64,000 nucleotides of DNA from Octopus vulgaris (Eukaryota), in NCBI GenBank assembly GCA_951406725.2, contig OX597817.1, forward strand, positions 132,308,001 through 132,372,000, written 5' to 3'. Positions 40,138 to 57,143 of this stretch are shown one piece after another. The notes beneath the pieces are model-generated. The model saw nothing but the letters and a program-made list of their open reading frames with translations. It was not told the origin of the DNA and ran no database searches. How positions within the stretch are numbered: the first letter of the stretch is position 1; the number at the start of each line of letters is the position of its first letter. A program made the position numbers and the translations under genes.

Positions 40138-41389
40138 CACATATATATATATGTACATATATATATAATTAAATAAGGGTAGAAATCGATATTAATCAAT
40201 TAAAACGAGTGGCCTAGCATATTTAAAAAAAAATCCGAAGATTAAAATTTTTTTACATACAAAATTCAGAGGATTAACCACTAAAAGTGGACAGCCTGTA
40301 TGCTAGATATAGACGTCAAAATCGCTATTTCCCACGGTTAAGGTGTCCTCATGAAAAAATTCGGCAAAAAACCAAAGCGTAAAAATAAGCAAGTCAAATG
40401 AAAATATACGAAATAAAAAACGATTACCTATGTACTAATTAGTTTCACTTGTTAATAATTTACGTATATGAATACGTAAACATCTGCATGTATGTATTCA
40501 TAAACATATAGAAGTAGCGGTGGTAGTTGTAACAGCAGCAGATGATTTTAGTTTTTTGACCAAGATGTCACCGTCTTGTCACATTCTGGTATGGACTATG
40601 ATTATATTCTAGCAGTCGATGTGTGAAATTGATATTATTACGTGTAGAAAAACAAACATTATGAACTCTCCGCTCCTAATACAACTAACACCATCCACTA
40701 CAAAACATCTGTTGGGTTTTGCTATTAAAAGACTCCCTTTTTTTATTTAATTTTCTTATATGAAGCGAGACATATTGTAATGGTGTTCAAACGGTCCTTT
40801 CCTCGACAACATAATGTATTACTTGATTCGATAAGCAATAATATGATCTACGACTATGAGATCAAGAGGACTGCGTAGATCCATTACCAAATATAACAGG
40901 GAATACAAAACACATCAAAGACAAGCCGCAGCTCTACAATAATTTTCTTTCTTTGCATTGAAATTTATAGAAATATTTTTCACGCATGGAAAGAACTTCA
41001 AGTACATTTTTTCTATTTAGTTTCGATAAATTCTAATCAGACTTGGAATAGCGATTTTGGTGTAAAATGGGTTTGCAAATATAGACACTCACAGACAGAC
41101 ATACACACACACACATACGCATACACACACATATACATCTATATATATATGGATGTATCTGTTTGTCTGTCTGTCTCTCTTTCTCTCTCTCTCTCTCTCT
41201 CCTATATATGTATATATATATATACACATCTACACACCACCATTCCACCCGGATTACTGCTGGATATACATATGGATTTCACTGGACCCTTCCGTTGATG
41301 AAAAATCGCTCCAATACACCCCGATGTTTGAACCATTATGAACTTTTTTGAACTTTCTGTTTTTTCTACTCTGTTTTCTCTCCGAAAGT

Positions 41390-42438
<1,049 letters not shown>

Positions 42439-42565
42439 TATATATGTATGGTATGTATGTATATATATATATATATATATACATATGTATGTATATATGT
42501 ATGATATGTATGCATGTATATATATATATATGTATGCATGCATGTATGAATGTATGTATGGTACA

Positions 42566-42796
42566 GTGTCTTTTCGTCCGATGTCCTTTTGTCCAATGAT
42601 TTTTTTTGTCCAACGAGAAAATCCTTTTAATAACATTCTCAATGATTATTTGATTTTGATGTTCACCTTCAACTCTAAAGAGTTTATTTAAAATGGTCAA
42701 AAAATCGTTGGACAAAAATATCATCGGACAAAAACACGCCGGACCAAAAGACTTCGACGAAATGATGTTGGACAAAGTGATGAAAAGTTGGGTCAC
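42566..42796. mobile_element. Foldback-type MITE with about 15-bp ggacaaaa subterminal repeats
   Basis: ttttgtcc repeats on the left mirror ggacaaaa repeats on the right. Confidence 0.55.
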
Positions 42797-43306
42797 GTGT
42801 ATGTACACGCACATACAAACGCTTGTGCACACAGACACGCAGACACACACAGACACACACACACACACACACATACACACACATATTGTTGTATTTCGGG
42901 ATTGGCATTTTCTTTTTCCAAATAAACACATGCACTATATATTGTTTTTTTTTTGTAATAAGCAGAGCAAGAACACACACGAAGACGGAAAGTGTCGGTG
43001 AAGAGGTCACAGATGTGTGACGAAAGAATTTCGGATAATAGACATGAACTAGAATAAGAACAGTAATAAACGAGTGAAGAACGAACATATAATGCGTGTG
43101 TTTATTTGGGAAATGTGCATGACCATCCCGAAATACAACAATATCTGTTTCAATACACGGCTTCACATCAGGAATCTTGCAACACAAATTCATAAACGTA
43201 TATATATAAACGTACAAAAAACAAAAGACGGGTGCGTAAACAACAAACAGATGTATTAGTTTTAACGCTCGGGAAGTGAGAAAGTCTTTTACATTTAGAG
43301 CCTATA

Positions 43307-43354
<48 letters not shown>

Positions 43355-43737
43355 CACACACACACATATATATATATGTATACACACAAACGCACATATA
43401 TATATATATATATATGCGTCTATTTGTGGTGTCCTGTACTCACGTATATATATTTATATATGCATGTATATATACATGTAGATGTAGGTACGTACATATA
43501 TGTATGTATGTATGCATATATTTTATTTATTAAACTAATATATATATATATATATATATAAAAAAAGGAAATGAAGAAAATGCTGACAAATAATTGAAGT
43601 AATTTAAGTAATTTAATTAGGTGAAAGTTCTTTTTACCGGTTGCGCATTTGTTATGCTTATTATTTCAATTATTTGTCAGCATTTTCTTCATTTCCTTTT
43701 TTATATATCACCACTCGTGTTCGACATCTCCTTTTTT

Positions 43738-43797
<60 letters not shown>

Positions 43798-43856
43798 TAA
43801 TAATAAACAATAATATATAAGTGTATATATACATATATATGTATATATATATAATT

Positions 43857-44845
43857 TTAATCCAAACGGGAAAACAAAAAAACAACAACAGTGGAACAAT
43901 TACAGTATTATTATTAATAGGCGCTCAGGAAATATGGAAGCAGGAAGGTATGACGTTTCGAGCGGAGCTCTTCGTCGGAAACATAAAGAAGGAAGAGAGA
44001 GGAAAGAAAGATCCCAAAGTGGGCAACAGGAGATGGAGAAAAAAACGACTGGTGTTTACGAAGTACACATGGTGAAAGGCGGAAGTTTACGATAACAAGA
44101 GCAAAGTAGGTTTTTAAAGCCAAAAGAGTGGAGACAGGGTTGGTAACGCAACAGATGTGTGTGTATGTGTGAGTGTGTGCGTGTGCGTGTGTGTATGTGT
44201 GTGTGAGGCGAGATAAAAAAACAAAAAATATATGTATGTGTTAGTGTGTGCGTCTGTGTGTAGGCGTGTCAGGTAGGGCGAACAGTAGTAGGCAACAGAC
44301 AAGTGGTCAGTAGTAAGAAAATGAAGGAAGGAGGAAGGGAGGGAGGGGAAGGGGTGGGGGCGTATGTAACGTGCCAGCGTGTGTTGAGTAGTAGTGTGTG
44401 TGTGTCCAGTGTCGTGGTAGTATTAATGGCGAGTAGATTTGAATGTGTGTAAGAGTAATGTATATATTTAAGCAATGTGTATATGTGAGTGGGTGTATGT
44501 ATGTGTGCGTGTGTGTGTAACAAAAAAGGGGGGTTAAGGAAAAAGGACTCCAGCTGAGGGGAAGATGGAAGAGTGGTCCCGCGGAGACGGGCGTGGGAGA
44601 ACCCAACGACAGGCGACGGTCCCAGGAACGAGGGGGAGGTCTCGTCGGGTCCAAGAGCGAGGTGCATGCAGCGCGTATGCGTGCGCGAACCGGCGCAAGC
44701 GCGTGTGAGCGCGCCTGCGAGTGTGCGCGTAAGTATGTATGTGTGTGGATGTGTGAGTGTGTCTGTGTGTATGTCTGGGTGTCAGTGTGTCCGATGAATG
44801 TATGTGAGTATGTGTGTATATATGTGTGTGCATAGATGTATGTCC

Positions 44846-44876
<31 letters not shown>

Positions 44877-47274
44877 AGTGTGTATGTATGTACGTGTGGG
44901 TGTGTGGAAGTGTGTGTATGTGCATGTGTGTGCGCGTACATACAGGTGTGTGAGTGAGTGTGTGTGTGTGTATGTATGTGTGAGTGTGTATGTATGTGTG
45001 TGTAGGATGCATGTATGTGTATGGGTGTATGTATGTGTGTGTGTATGTATGTATGTGTACGTGCGTGTGTGTGTGTGTATGCGTGTAGGTGTGCGCGTGT
45101 GCATGCATGCATGCATGTGCGTATGTGTGTGTGTGTGCATGTGTGTGGGTATAAATGTGTGTGCGTATATGTGTGTGTATGTGCGTACATGTGTGTGTGT
45201 GTATACATGTGTGTGTATGTAGGTGTGTAGGCGTGTGTGTATAGGTGTATGTATGTAAGTATGTATGGGTGTGTCCGTGTATGTGTGTGTATGTATGTGT
45301 GTGTAGGTGTGTGGGCGTGTGTATATAGGTGTATGTATGTCTGGGTGTGTCCGTGCATGTTTGTGTGTGTGTGTGTGTATGCATGTGTATGTAGGTGTGT
45401 GTGTACGTGTGTAATGTATGTGTGTATGCGTGTGTGTGCGTGTGTATGCGTGCGTGTGTGTATGTAGGTGCGTATGTATGTGTGTGGGAGTGTAGGTGTG
45501 TGTGTGCGTGTGCGTGTTTATGTTGGTGTGTGCGTATGTGAGTGTGAGTGTATGGGTGTTTGTCATGCATGTGTGTGCGCGTGCAGGCGAGTGTGTGTGT
45601 AAGTATGTGTGTGTGTATGTTTGTGTGAGTGTGTATGTGTGTATGTCTGTGTGTGTGTATGTGCGTATAGGAGTATGTAGGTATGTGTGTGTGTATGTGT
45701 ATGGGTGTATGTATGTATGTGTGTGTGTATGTGTGCATGTGTATAAGTATATGTGTGTGTGCGTATGTGTGTGTATGTGTATGTGTGTGTGTTTATGTAT
45801 GTGTGTATGTATGTGTGTAGGCGTGTGTGTGTAGATGTGTGTGCGTATGTGTGTGTCTGTATGTGTATGTGTGTGTGTGTAGGTAGGTAGGTGTGTGTGT
45901 CTGAGTGAGGGTATGGCTGTGTAGGTGTGTGTGTGTATGAATGTAAGTGTGTGTGTACAAGTGTAATGTATGTATGTAGGTGTGTGTGTGTGTGTATGTG
46001 TACGTGTGCGTGTGTATGTGTGTGTGTGTATGCGTGTGAGTGTGAGTGTATGGGTGTATGTCTGTGTGTGTGTATGTCTGAAGTAGGTATGTGTGTGTAT
46101 GTATGTATGTGTGTGTGTGCGGGTATGTGTGTGTGTGTGTATGTGTGTGTGTGAGTAGGTGTGCGTGTATGTATGTGGGTAGGGATGCATGCGAGTGTGT
46201 GGGTATGTATGCATACATACGCACGCGCACATCCGAAGCAAGCCCACACACACGAAGCGCGCTCACGCACACAACACACAAGCAATACAACGCAAGCCCA
46301 TGGGGCCGACCAAGCCCCAGCGCGCGCCAAGGCGCGCGAGCGCAAAGGCCCTCGAACGACCCGCTACGCGGGAACCGAGGATCCATCAGCCAAAACCGGA
46401 AAGCAGAAAAGAGGGGGGGCTGCCTGGATGCAAAAAGGTGTATGTGTGTGTGCATTCAGTGTAAGGGTGTGCATGTGTGGGTATGTATGTATGTGTGCAC
46501 GTGTGGTGTGTGTGTGTACGTGCGGTGTGTGTGTGTGAGTGTGTGTGTATGTATGTGCGTATGTATGTGTGTATGTATGTGTGTATGTATGTCTGTGTGT
46601 GTATGTGTGTGTGTGTAAGTATGTATGTGTGTGTTTGTAGGGTGAAGATGTAGCGTTGCTCCAAGTGGAGCCTGGAAAGTGGGCGACCATTGTGGGGAGC
46701 GAGACCAAACACTGAGATGTCATCTAGGGAATGGCCGGCCGAGCGGAAGTGGCGTGCGACGGGAGAAAAAGAGTGTAGGCGAACGTCCCTCAAATGTTCT
46801 GTGAATCGGTCGGACAACCGGCGTCCCGTCTGTCCTACATACAGCATCCCGCATAGGTTGCATTTAATGCAGTAAATAAGGCCAGACGAGGTGCACGTAA
46901 AAGAGTGCCTAATGCGTACAGTATGCTGGTTGGAGCCGGTGACAGCGGTGGTGTTGGTGATGAAGGGGCAAGTGTTGCAGCGGGATCTAGAGCAAGGGAA
47001 TGATCCGTGTGGGGCTGAGGGGGAAGGAGAGAGGGTGCTGTGGACCAGGAGGTCACGCAGATTGCGGGCTCGTTTGAAGGAGGACAGGGGTGGGTTTGGG
47101 AAAATGGGGCGGGTGGTGGGATCAAGCTGGAGGCGACGGAAGGCACGTAGTATCTTGCGACGAAGGGGTAGGGTAGAGGGGTGGAAAAGGAGGGGGAAGG
47201 GGGTGCGGTTGGGGGGTGGGCGGGGGAAGGAGACAGGGCGGTGGTGCGGTCGATGCGACGGCGCGGGTGAGGGC
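43857..47274 (-). mobile_element. 5'-truncated Penelope-like retroelement (Neptune-type): GIY-YIG, long (CA)-rich 3' region, family B pLTR with HHR (43948-43982)
   Basis: Co-oriented endonuclease, UTR and pLTR ending at (TA)n. Confidence 0.8.
46633..47274 (-). CDS. PLE GIY-YIG endonuclease domain with upstream Cys linker (partial ORF)
   Basis: SFKRARNLRDLLVHS, FPCSRSRCNTCPFI, FTCTSSGLIYCIKCNLCGMLYVGQTGRRLSDRFTEHL, SPVARHF...H, EQRYIFTL. Confidence 0.93.
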
Positions 47275-48165
<891 letters not shown>

Positions 48166-48930
48166 GGTCTTTGCTTTATGTGGACAATTGCGCATTTTTT
48201 GTCTCTCATCTTCTGGGTTCAGTCGGAGGCTGAGACTATGCTGGAACATCGCCTTTTAGTGTGGTTGGGCGTTTTTTTCTTCTGTAGTGTTCCTGGTGAA
48301 GTAGTGTGTTGGGTTGAGCTGCTTCTCTTTGTGCCTCCTGTCACAATGTGGAAAAATCTAGGATTCCAGATAAAAACGTGTTCTGACGCAAATTTCGGCG
48401 GTTGTTCGGTAGGATATTGAATTATTCTTGAATATTGAAGTGCAAGCTCTTACTGTACGAGGTCCTTATTCTGGGTGGAGATGATGGGATACTTGCTACT
48501 ATGGATTGCTGTTGTGTTTGGTAGTTGATATAGCTTTCAATTCCAAAGTTGGGAACTAGACCTTCCAAGATCTTCAATATGGAGTACGCTTACAATTTCA
48601 CATTGAGATGCATTTTGGTTGCGAGACTACGGTTTTTAGTTTTCACTGATCAGACTTCGTTAACGATTTAATAAAATCGCGAGAAAAAAATTTAATTAAA
48701 CAATATTCCCTATATACTGAGAGTTCTGTTCCATTTTAGTTTGCAAACTGCAACTTCGAAATCACAGTCATTAACATTTTTAAACCGAGAAGATGAGCAG
48801 ACGACTAAAGAATTTGGATTCATATGGAAAGAAAGAAGGCAAGCAAGTAAAGGATGGAAGCGCACTGTGAGCAGCGATATGTAAGAACACTTGTAATTTA
48901 CATATTGTCTACTTGTATCTCTCCCTATCG

Positions 48931-48999
<69 letters not shown>

Positions 49000-49115
49000 T
49001 GTATATATATATACATACTCCTTCTTCTCTTTTTCCTGAGTGCCTAATAATAATACTTTAATTGTTCCACCTCCTTGTGTTGTTGTTTTTTCTGTTTTCT
49101 CGTTTGGATTAACCT

Positions 49116-49212
<97 letters not shown>

Positions 49213-49232
49213 GGATATAAATATAAGGATAA

Positions 49233-49591
49233 GGGTCTGGATCAACTTTCAGCTGTTCTTTTAGTTGAGAAGACACATTCAGTCTGACTGCTTTTGATCT
49301 TCCGTGAACAAGCGATTTTTCTGTAAGTCGATCCATTCACGACTCCTCACTCAAAATTCATTGTCAGGAGCTCCAGGACACACCAGTTATATCAAAAACT
49401 TCGTCAATTGTTCGGTGACGGTCTTCCAAGATCAGTTCGTGAATTTTCATTATCTTTTCATTCGCTCAAGAGTTTGACGGACGCCCCCAACGAGGCTGGT
49501 TTTCCTAAAGCATGAAAACCACTCGTAAAACTCGTGTTTTGCTCACAGAAGCGTCCTTGTAAGCTGTTTGTAGCATGACAACTGTTTCGGC
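49233..49591 (-). pseudogene. mariner transposase N-terminal fragment
   Basis: AETVVMLQTAYKDASVSKTRV..EWF...GRPS...IHELILEDRHRTIDE; TEDQKQSRL. Confidence 0.8.
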
Positions 49592-49609
49592 ATATACATA
49601 TATATATGA

Positions 49610-49642
<33 letters not shown>

Positions 49643-49644
<2 letters not shown>

Positions 49645-50852
49645 GGGTTGGTAACTAATTTCCCGCCGCTTTTTAAAATTAAACATTTTTGAAAGGTTTA
49701 ATGAAAAAAATAACAACTAATTAATCAATAATGTATTCACCCTTGTTTACAACTTCTTCCCAATGTTCAACAAGATTTTCAATACCTCATTGGTAGAAAT
49801 CACCCGATTTCGTCTCGAAAAATTAATCTAACCAAGCTCTCAATTCTGCATCAGTATTAAACGAAACTCCGCGCATAGCATTTGAAAGAGATCGAAAGAG
49901 GTAGAAATCCGTTGGTGCCAAATCAGGAGAGTATAGCGAGTGTGGCAGCACTTCCTAGCCATGCGTTTGAATGGCTTTCTTGGTCATATTGGCGATATGA
50001 GGGCGGGCGTTGTCGTGCAGCAGGACTCCATGCTGACGATTAGGTCTTTTCTCTTTAATAGCCGTGTTGAGTCGTTCCATCTGTTGAACATTGAGTTCCG
50101 CGTTGACCGTTTGGTTCCGTTAAAGCAATTCGTAATGGATAATCCCTTCCCAGTCCCACCACAACATCGTTTTACTGGGAAGATCTTGCTTCACGCGCGG
50201 TGTCGCTTGTTTACCGGGGCTAAGCCATTCCTTACGCTGCTTCATATTGATGTACAGGCACCATTTTTCGTCGGCAGTAACGATTCGGGAAAGAAATCGT
50301 TGCTTGTGTCCACGAGTTGAGCAGTGACTAGCAAGCAAACCAGCGGAGATTGTGATTCGTTGATTTTTGTTGTTGAAACTTAAAGTAAGCGGAACCCATG
50401 CTCCATACTTCTGAACCTTTCCCATCGAGTGAAGATGCTTCTCTATAGCAGTTTGGGAGCATTAAATTTTCCCTGCCAGTTCTCTTGCCGTTTGACGAGA
50501 ATTTTCGTGCAAAAGTTGGTTTAATCGCTCTTTATCGAACTCAACTGGACAGCCAGAGCGAGGTGCGTCTTTGAGGTAAAAAATTTCTATTTTTGAACTT
50601 GGCATACCAATCACGAGCGATTCTTTCAGCTTTGGCACCCTCTCCGTACACAGCACAAATGTCACGAGGAGCTTTTGCGGTCTTAGAACCTTGATTAAAA
50701 GCAAAAAGGTGTCAAAAATTCTTGTTTTTCTTAACTTGACATTACATTTTAGTGATCTGAAAATTAAGAAAAATTAACTAAAATTAACTAGAAAAAAAGC
50801 AAAATAGATTTCAAAATTTAAAAAACCGCGAGAACTTAGTTGCCAAACCCTA
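49643..50852 (-). mobile_element. Full-length decayed mariner (DD34D) transposon
   Basis: WVP, IVTADEKW and YSPDLAPTDFYLF motifs; TIRs gggttggtaactaatttcccgccg / gggtttggcaactaagttctcgcgg. Confidence 0.92.
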
Positions 50853-50919
50853 TATATATATACATACATACATACATTCATACATACATACATACGTATA
50901 TACATACATATATATATAT

Positions 50920-51960
50920 AGTAGAAATATGTTACGAAAAGAAAGTATAAAATACACGTGGAAATGTAAGGGTAAAATATGAAAGATTCAACGAAAATGC
51001 ATATTGCAAATAGAAAAAGGCTCTTTATGACAGGTAGTGACAAATATATACATTTAGATTGACTGAGGTAGTAATACGAGTCATAAAGGTCATTATTATG
51101 AGATGATTATACGATGATAATAAAGTAAGAGAACAAAACGTTAGGTCGACAAGGTCTTTCCATTCATTTAAATTAAGGTTGGATTATCACAATATTAAAA
51201 ATCAATTAAACCCAGACTACATTAGCCACAGACGATATAACAACCCTCAGTTCAACCATAATCCAGTACACTACACAACCACTCCACCACAAACATACTA
51301 CCATAGACACACTTTACACCCACCTTTTCCTCAGCAAACCAAACAAAATACAGACCTTCCACTTCAATCCACCTACTACAACCATTTTTGAGACGTAAAC
51401 CAGAGAAACAGAGATGTGAAATGGAACAAAATAAACAAGTCCAACCGAAAATAATCAACCTGTCAAAGAAAATGCTGAGTTCTATACAATTCAAAATCCT
51501 AGGAAGAGGTCTAAAATTTACCCCTACCCCCGCAGATCGAACTCAAATGAAATCAAGGATAATACTTTGGACTTCTGCCGAAAATTACGCCTCATAGAAA
51601 CTTTTTACAACTACACCAGTGAAGATGACTCAATAGTGAAAAACAAAAGTGAGTACCATCCTACAAAAGGTAGAAATAAAGCACTTGATGTTTTCTGTGA
51701 TCACATAACTTGTTTTCCTTACAATACCATTCCAAAACAACATATCAAATCCAACCTTAATTTAAATGAATGGAAAGACCTTGTCGAGCTAACGTTTTGT
51801 TCTCTTACTTTATTTTCATCTTATAATCATCTCATGATAATGACCTTTATGACTCGTATTACTACCTCAGTCAGTCTAAATGTATATATTTGTCACTACC
51901 TGTCATAAAGAGCCTTTTTCTATTTGCAATATGCATTTTCGTTGATTTATCATATTTTAC

Positions 51961-51965
<5 letters not shown>
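50920..51965 (+). mobile_element. PLE 5' fragment bracketed by about 140-bp inverted repeats
   Basis: KIINLSKKMLSSIQFKILGRGLKFTPTP and DFCRKLRLIETF (PLE N-terminus); 50969-51110 is inverted to 51822-51962. Confidence 0.8.
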
Positions 51966-52008
<43 letters not shown>

Positions 52009-52167
52009 TTGTGTGGTACATATACCAGCTACACAACATGGGGTTCATCCACTGCGTGGCACCTTGGGCAAGTATCTTCTTCTATAGCTTCGGGCCGACC
52101 AAAGACGATGGATTTAATAGCCGGAAACTGAAAGAAGACCGTCGTATATATATATATATATAATTAT

Positions 52168-52309
<142 letters not shown>

Positions 52310-52760
52310 ATATATATATATATAATTAATCTCCCTCTAATTAATGCTTCGGATTTTACCGAAATAAGCATAGTGTTTGATGATTTTAACCCACGCTGGT
52401 GGAAAGGGGAGAACAGAAATTCTTCGCTTGCTTATTTGAGTTTGTTGGCACTGTTAGTTACGAGCAGATCTTCGAAAGGGTATGTTCTTACTTTCAGTGT
52501 TTCCAAATCCAAACCAAGGAGTTTCTGAGCTGATGATAGAAGTGTTGTTTTGACTAATCTTGAAACGTACGTTCTCAAATAACCTTAGCATTTGATTTTT
52601 TGATGTCCTTACCCCCAAACTTTTGTGAGTTGAATTAAGCAAACACTATATATGAGAGAGATTTTCTTTAAGTATTAGAAATAGCTTTAAAAAAGTTTTT
52701 TAGCTGCTATTTCTAATGAGTTCAGTATGCGGCAAAGTAATTTATTTTACTAAGCCCTTT

Positions 52761-52837
<77 letters not shown>

Positions 52838-53111
52838 AGTATGTATGTATGTATGTATGTATGTACCTACGTATATATATGTACATATATTTATTATGTC
52901 TGAAATAAAGTAACAAAAGTAGTTTTTAAAATGAACAAACGAAAATATTTAATGAAATAATGAAAACAAAATGAAAAGAAAACACGAAAGAAATTCGAAA
53001 CGCAAAGTGTAAGATCTTTGCATCATTTCCAGTTTAAAATGAAAATCTTTGATATAAATAAAATTGACTGATATGAAGGGAAAAAAATACATAGATGAAT
53101 GTATGTGTGTG

Positions 53112-53157
<46 letters not shown>

Positions 53158-53283
53158 GCGCGCGAGTGTGTGTGCTTGTTCTTTTTCCTTTTTGCAGTGA
53201 TATTGTCGCCATAGAAGAATTAAAATCTAAAGAACTTTTGTTCAAGAATGGATAGGAAAGGCAAGAACGGACAAAGGAAACTG

Positions 53284-53373
<90 letters not shown>

Positions 53374-53402
53374 GCAATAATAATAATGATAACAACAACA
53401 AC

Positions 53403-53443
<41 letters not shown>

Positions 53444-53795
53444 TGATGATGATGATGATGATGATAAATTAAAAAAAGAAATCTTGTTCGTACAATTTTA
53501 TATCGCCTGACAGAGTAAAAAAGGATCAAAGATCAGGGGATTTTTTTAATCAATACGGGAGACCAAACATAATCGATCTGTTTTTAAAGGGAAACCTTCA
53601 GAGGAAACGAATTAATAATAATGATAACACATCTCCTTAATAATACCAATAATAACAATAACAATAATGATTATGATGAGGATGATGATGATGATGATGG
53701 CGTTGGTGGTGGTGGTGGTGGTGGTGGTGATGGTGGTGCGTGTGCAAAGAGTAAAAGGAAAGAAAAATAACCTATAGCAGTTGCAGCAGCAGCAA

Positions 53796-53875
<80 letters not shown>

Positions 53876-55033
53876 AGGAGAAAAAGAGATGGAGCAAGAA
53901 GAAAATGAAAAACTTTCCATAAACGCGGATTTTTCGTTCGTTTTCTTTCCTTTTCTTCTTCGTGTTCTTTTTATATATTTTACTCTTAATTTTCATCTTC
54001 GGTTACCAACTCCTAACATTTAGAAATTAATTTTGGGACGACTGCTCTTCATATATATAAATGTAAATATAAATATATATACATATACATATATATATAT
54101 ATACCTATATATATATACCTATATATATATACATACATATATATATTCATACTTGTATATGTACGTGTGCATGTGTACATGTGTGTGTGTGCATGTGTGT
54201 GTATATATATATGTGTGTGTGTGGTTGTGTGTGTCAGTGTGTATGCGTTTGTGTACTGGATTCTATATTTCTTCCTTTTTTTTAACACCATGATTTTATC
54301 ATTCGTTTTACTCTGATCTCGCAGATGATCCATCTAACTTTCCCAAAATACTAAACACCCATCCACATTCATGCACCTCCACGTACACCCTTGCCTAACC
54401 AAAGATCCCGTACACACACGCACACACATACACTCGCATATGTATTTGTATTACAAATGCACTCACGGTACACACAATATATATCCAGCCACATCCTATA
54501 CATTTATAATAAATTATTCCCTAACAGCTTCAACCACCATCATTGACAACAACAAACAATAAATAAATTCCATTAAAAAATCTCAAAAACTCAAATAAAT
54601 GACAAAATCACATCATAAAAACGCCAAAATTTTTTCTCACAAGTTTGTAAATTTGGGATCCTGATAAAACACATTATATCTCTTTCGTATATTTTCGAAA
54701 AAAAAAAGAATATTTTTCCATCTATTATAGCAATAGATTTTTTTATGATTTCTTTCTTTTTTTTTCCATATCGATTTCACTTGATATTTTAGTTCTTAAC
54801 CTCTAACCGGTGATATATTGTCTGATCTTGTATTGTACTTTAAATACCTTTTAGAAGTGTGTAGATTTTTGGTAAAAGATATTGCGTTCTATAGAAGTAT
54901 GTGTTTCCTGTTTCAAGAATTCAATAAGGGAACTCTACTAAGGCTATTGTATATTTAAGAAATGTATATATATGTATATACATACATACATACATACATA
55001 CATACATACATACAAACACACACACACACACTC

Positions 55034-55072
<39 letters not shown>

Positions 55073-55563
55073 CATATATATACGTACATACACTCATACA
55101 CACACGCACACACACACACATACACACACACATTTATGTATATATACACTCCTTGAATATACAATAGCCTTAGTAGAGAAGTTTTCTTTTAGTAACTTAT
55201 ATATATATATATATCTATATAAATAAATATGTATACACATATAATACATACGTACATACATATGTATGTTTGTGTGTGTGTAAGTATATATTTATGTATA
55301 TAGATATGTGTGTGTATGTGTGTGTGTGTTTGTATGTATGTTTATATCCCATAACCTTACCCAATAAATATAAACGGACACATTCCTCCTAATTTCATAT
55401 AGTCACACACCATCAAATTATCCAAATCGCTTGTGAACCTGTATGTGTGTCTGTAAGTGTATATATTTTTTTATGTATATTTGTATCTCTCTTTCTCTCT
55501 CTCTATCAATCTATCTGTCTGTCTGTCTGTCTATCTATCTTTCTATCTATCTATCTATCCATA

Positions 55564-55632
<69 letters not shown>

Positions 55633-55734
55633 GTCTATCAGTCTGTCTGTCCAGTTATCTGTCTCCCTGTGCATGTATACGTATACATATACACATATAT
55701 ACTTGTACTCAAAACCACACATATAAATGTATGT

Positions 55735-55770
<36 letters not shown>

Positions 55771-55780
55771 CATGTGTGTG

Positions 55781-55812
<32 letters not shown>

Positions 55813-55817
55813 TAGAT

Positions 55818-55898
<81 letters not shown>

Positions 55899-56405
55899 TC
55901 AACAGACACAAACACACACGCACACGCTTACAATTTTATTGCAATCATTTCTTAGCATATCTCCACCGTCTCGATATCCGGACTCGGAGCGTAATCTCAT
56001 CGTTATGCTGAGAAGAACTTCGTCGCCATTGATAAAATGATGTGAATATAATCACATTGTTGTTAACTACCCTGTAGAACGGTGGATACACAAGTAGTAA
56101 ATGGCACGAGCGATGCGGTTTCGCTTTCAGTTTCTGAAAACTTCATTTAATGTTTGTTTATCTTTTACATGTTTCAATCATTAGACTGCGGCCATACTGG
56201 GGCACCGACATGACGAATTTTTAGGCGAACGAATCAACTCCAGTACTTGCTTTTCAGTATTTTTGTATCGTTTTATTTGCCGAACCGCTAACTTATCGGG
56301 ACGTGCGCAAACCAACAGTGCTTGTCAAGAAGTGGTGGGGGACAAACATACACAAACATACACAAACACACACATATATGTATATATATACATACACACA
56401 CGCAC

Positions 56406-56447
<42 letters not shown>

Positions 56448-57104
56448 ATTCAAAAGAGATACCCAAGAATTCATTAAAAACAGTACCAATCACTACTTTA
56501 ATCTACAACGAGCTCCTTTTAAGTCACTTGACCATTTAACATCCTACTACTAACATGCCACTCCTTCATTCTTTTTTTATTCTTCTTTCTTTTCGTCTCC
56601 TTCTTCTTCGTCGTCGTCTTCTTCCTCTCCGCCACCTTCTTTCTTACTTTACTACTACTACTATTTAGAATAACACCTACGCAAATATTATAACCAATAC
56701 ATTCAAAAAAGATATCTCAAAAATACAATCACTACTATCATCCACAACAAGTCACTTTCTGGACATTTGACCATTTAACATCCTACTACTATCATAGCAC
56801 TCTTCTTGTTCGTCTTGTTGTTGTTGTTGTTGTTGTTGTTGTTCTTCTTCTTCTTCTTCTTCTTCTTCTTCTTCTCCTCTGCCAAGAATTCACACCGACC
56901 TCGAACCCATAAGAGTAAACAAGAGAGACAGAGACAGGCAGAAACAAGGAAAATGCCCCTTGTATTTGAATAACATGCAAATGTTCTTTAAAAAAAAATT
57001 TAATTGTTTTCCATACTCAGGGTTAAAAAAGTCTCAATGACTGAAACCTGCACTGAAATGATTTTTATAAAATTATTTTAGCATTTCTTACCTTGACTTT
57101 TTCC

Positions 57105-57143
<39 letters not shown>

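Noticed and set aside
44307-46253. 648-aa His/Thr-rich ORF
   Set aside because: Translation of a degenerate (CA)n tract with no domain signal.
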